A stretch of DNA of 64,000 bases from NCBI GenBank assembly GCA_013239625.1, contig MU057222.1, forward strand, positions 5,295,153 to 5,359,152, given 5' to 3'. This document shows positions 62,265-64,000 of the stretch, piece after piece. Both the position numbers and the translations under genes were made by a program. The DNA comes from Lama guanicoe. Lineage: Eukaryota. The notes below the pieces were generated by a model. It saw only the letters and a list, made by a program, of their open reading frames with translations, did not search any database and was not told the origin of the DNA. Numbering within the stretch: the stretch's first letter is position 1; each line of letters begins with the position of its first letter.

Positions 62265-62693
62265 TGTCAAGAACTACGAAGAGTTTGAGTTTTTACCCAT
62301 CTGGCAAGCTAGCAAGCTAGCCTGGTGCATTTATGTGACTGCAGGCAGGAGACACAAGTCTCGTGGGTCAGAGACAAAGGACTTTATCATTCCCAGCAGT
62401 AACAGTCGCCAATGTGTTTTGGCACTTTTCTTGTGCCAGTTTCCTGAACCACAGTCTTCACAGGGCAACATGAAGAAGGCCTGGGTTACTTTCCAGAAGA
62501 GGAAACTTGAGCTTACGGAATCTGGACTTGTTATAGAGGTCAGTAAAGCATGCCTGGTCTTTGCTCCAGGAGGTGATACCATCTCCATCTTCCAAAGCTG
62601 TTTTCTCTACAAATATTGTCCAGAAGAAAGTCAAGGTGCCTGCTTGTAAAACAATCAGAAATGCAAGAGACCCATGGAAAATTGTCTCCAAAC
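62265..62693 (-). mobile_element. LTR40-like ERVL solo LTR
   Basis: The reverse complement begins TGTTTGGAGACAATTTTCCATGGGTCTCTTGCATTTCTG, matching the LTR40 5' end. Confidence 0.75.
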
Positions 62694-63039
62694 AAGAGCA
62701 AATTGTTTATCAAGCATTAGCATAATCCTAGTGACAGACAATTTAAAATTTGAATGTAAATTCAAGTCTTTTAGGTCCATCTGCATTATAACAGAATCTC
62801 TATTAAACAATGGAAGACTAGCCTTCTAATTACAACATAAATCTGAGCAGTAATTTACTACAATTTAAAAACAGCTAAGGCCAGGATTCATGCATTCCTA
62901 GGTAGACAACAAGTCTTGCAGACCGTCTTTATTTGGCCACTTATCTCAGCTCCCGTCTGAGATACATGATTATATTAAACTTTCCTTCCTTTCCCATTAA
63001 GTAAACAAATAGAAATAAATAGATATAAATGTGTAATTT

Positions 63040-63290
63040 ACAGCAGTAATATAGTGGTTAAGAACCCAGGTTCAGGAGTCAGCCTGCCTGGGTTCAAATC
63101 TCAGCTTAACCACCATAGAGTGACCTGGAGAGTTATTTAAATTCTCTGCTTTATTTCTGCTTCTGTAAAATGGAGATAATGATAGCGTTTTACTCATAAA
63201 ATTGATGAATGGATAAAATGTTATAATCCATGTAAAGTGCTTAGAACAAACGTCAGACTTAAAATTAATGTTGGCTATTTTTAATAGCGA
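63040..63290 (+). mobile_element. Near full-length MIR
   Basis: ATAGTGGTTAAGAAC...CTGGGTTCAAATCTCAGCT...CTGTAAAATGGAGATAATGATAG...ATGTAAAGTGCTTAGAACA. Confidence 0.85.
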
Positions 63291-64000
63291 CTATTTACAC
63301 AATCCTTTGGATACAGTTTTCTTAATCAAGTGCCAGACCTTTAAAAATGGATTCAATCTCAACCCTAGGATTTCAGAATAAATTCACAGGCATTTATAAT
63401 CCAAACTGCTCTCCCTGTTTTCAGCTCCTTACCACTAAGTTAAGTATGATCCTATGTAAAATAAGAAGAAAGAAATTGGTACCAAATAAAAGGTCCACCT
63501 TCTCTGAGCATTCCTGAAGTTAGTTTCAAGCTTTATTTCCATCCCCAAATGAATATTCTCTACTAAACTTTGCTCAGGTACCGAAGGGAGATGAAGAGAA
63601 TTGCATTTATGGCTTCTTATCTGGAAATAATCTGAGCTAGTGCTTTTTCCTTTCTGTTTTAACTGTAGCCCAAACAAGTTATTTAATGACTGAACTGGTA
63701 AATTCCAAAATAGGAATCTATTTATGTTTTCTTAGTCTTTTTTCCCCCTTAAATTCTTGAATTCTCCAAAGGCAATCAGCACAAGAAATTCTGGGACTCA
63801 AAGAAAATGTTTTCCAATCCACTAAACACATACTAGCCCTAGTTATAATTATCTGTGCCCTCTTTCCACTGGAGCTGGAAGGGCCTTTGCAATCATGGCT
63901 TCAGATCCTTTGCTTTGTGGACCAGGAACCGAGCCAGCTGAGGCAGGCGGATCCCTATCGATGAGGGGCAAAGTCGGTAGCTGGGTACCAGTGCTGTCTG

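Noticed and set aside
1-64000. CRISPR arrays, operons, rRNA or other prokaryote-type systems
   Set aside because: The sequence is mammalian and repeat-rich; there are no regularly spaced repeat-spacer arrays or gene-dense coding blocks.

Overview
This is mammalian (cetartiodactyl, most likely camelid) non-coding genomic DNA from a gapped short-read assembly, with 5 N-runs. No protein-coding exon is supportable; the six-frame ORFs are chance ORFs or fossil repeat frames. I recognise, from memory of the human mRNA 5' UTR and not from a search, the non-coding first exon and promoter of caldesmon (CALD1) on the minus strand at about 8047-8450. It has a GT splice donor at 8046, a GC box, a TATA-like element and a perfect CArG box (CCAAAAAAGG). 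Bases 1-8046 would be CALD1 intron 1. A small CpG island with YY1, Sp1 and NRF1-like motifs at about 45270-45560 is the likely distal alternative promoter, about 37 kb upstream. The rest is a dense repeat stratigraphy: L1/HAL1, L2, MIR, CR1/L3, MaLR and ERV LTRs, hAT and Tigger DNA transposons, and camelid tRNA-derived SINEs. The most notable observations are: an ancient CR1/L3 that still shows ORF1 and endonuclease remnants; repeat-borne CTCF, SRF and STAT motifs around CALD1; a twin-primed inverted L1; and an antisense bias of L1s and LTRs between the two promoters. I see no evidence of a novel multi-gene system. Repeat family names are assigned by eye and need RepeatMasker/Dfam confirmation.
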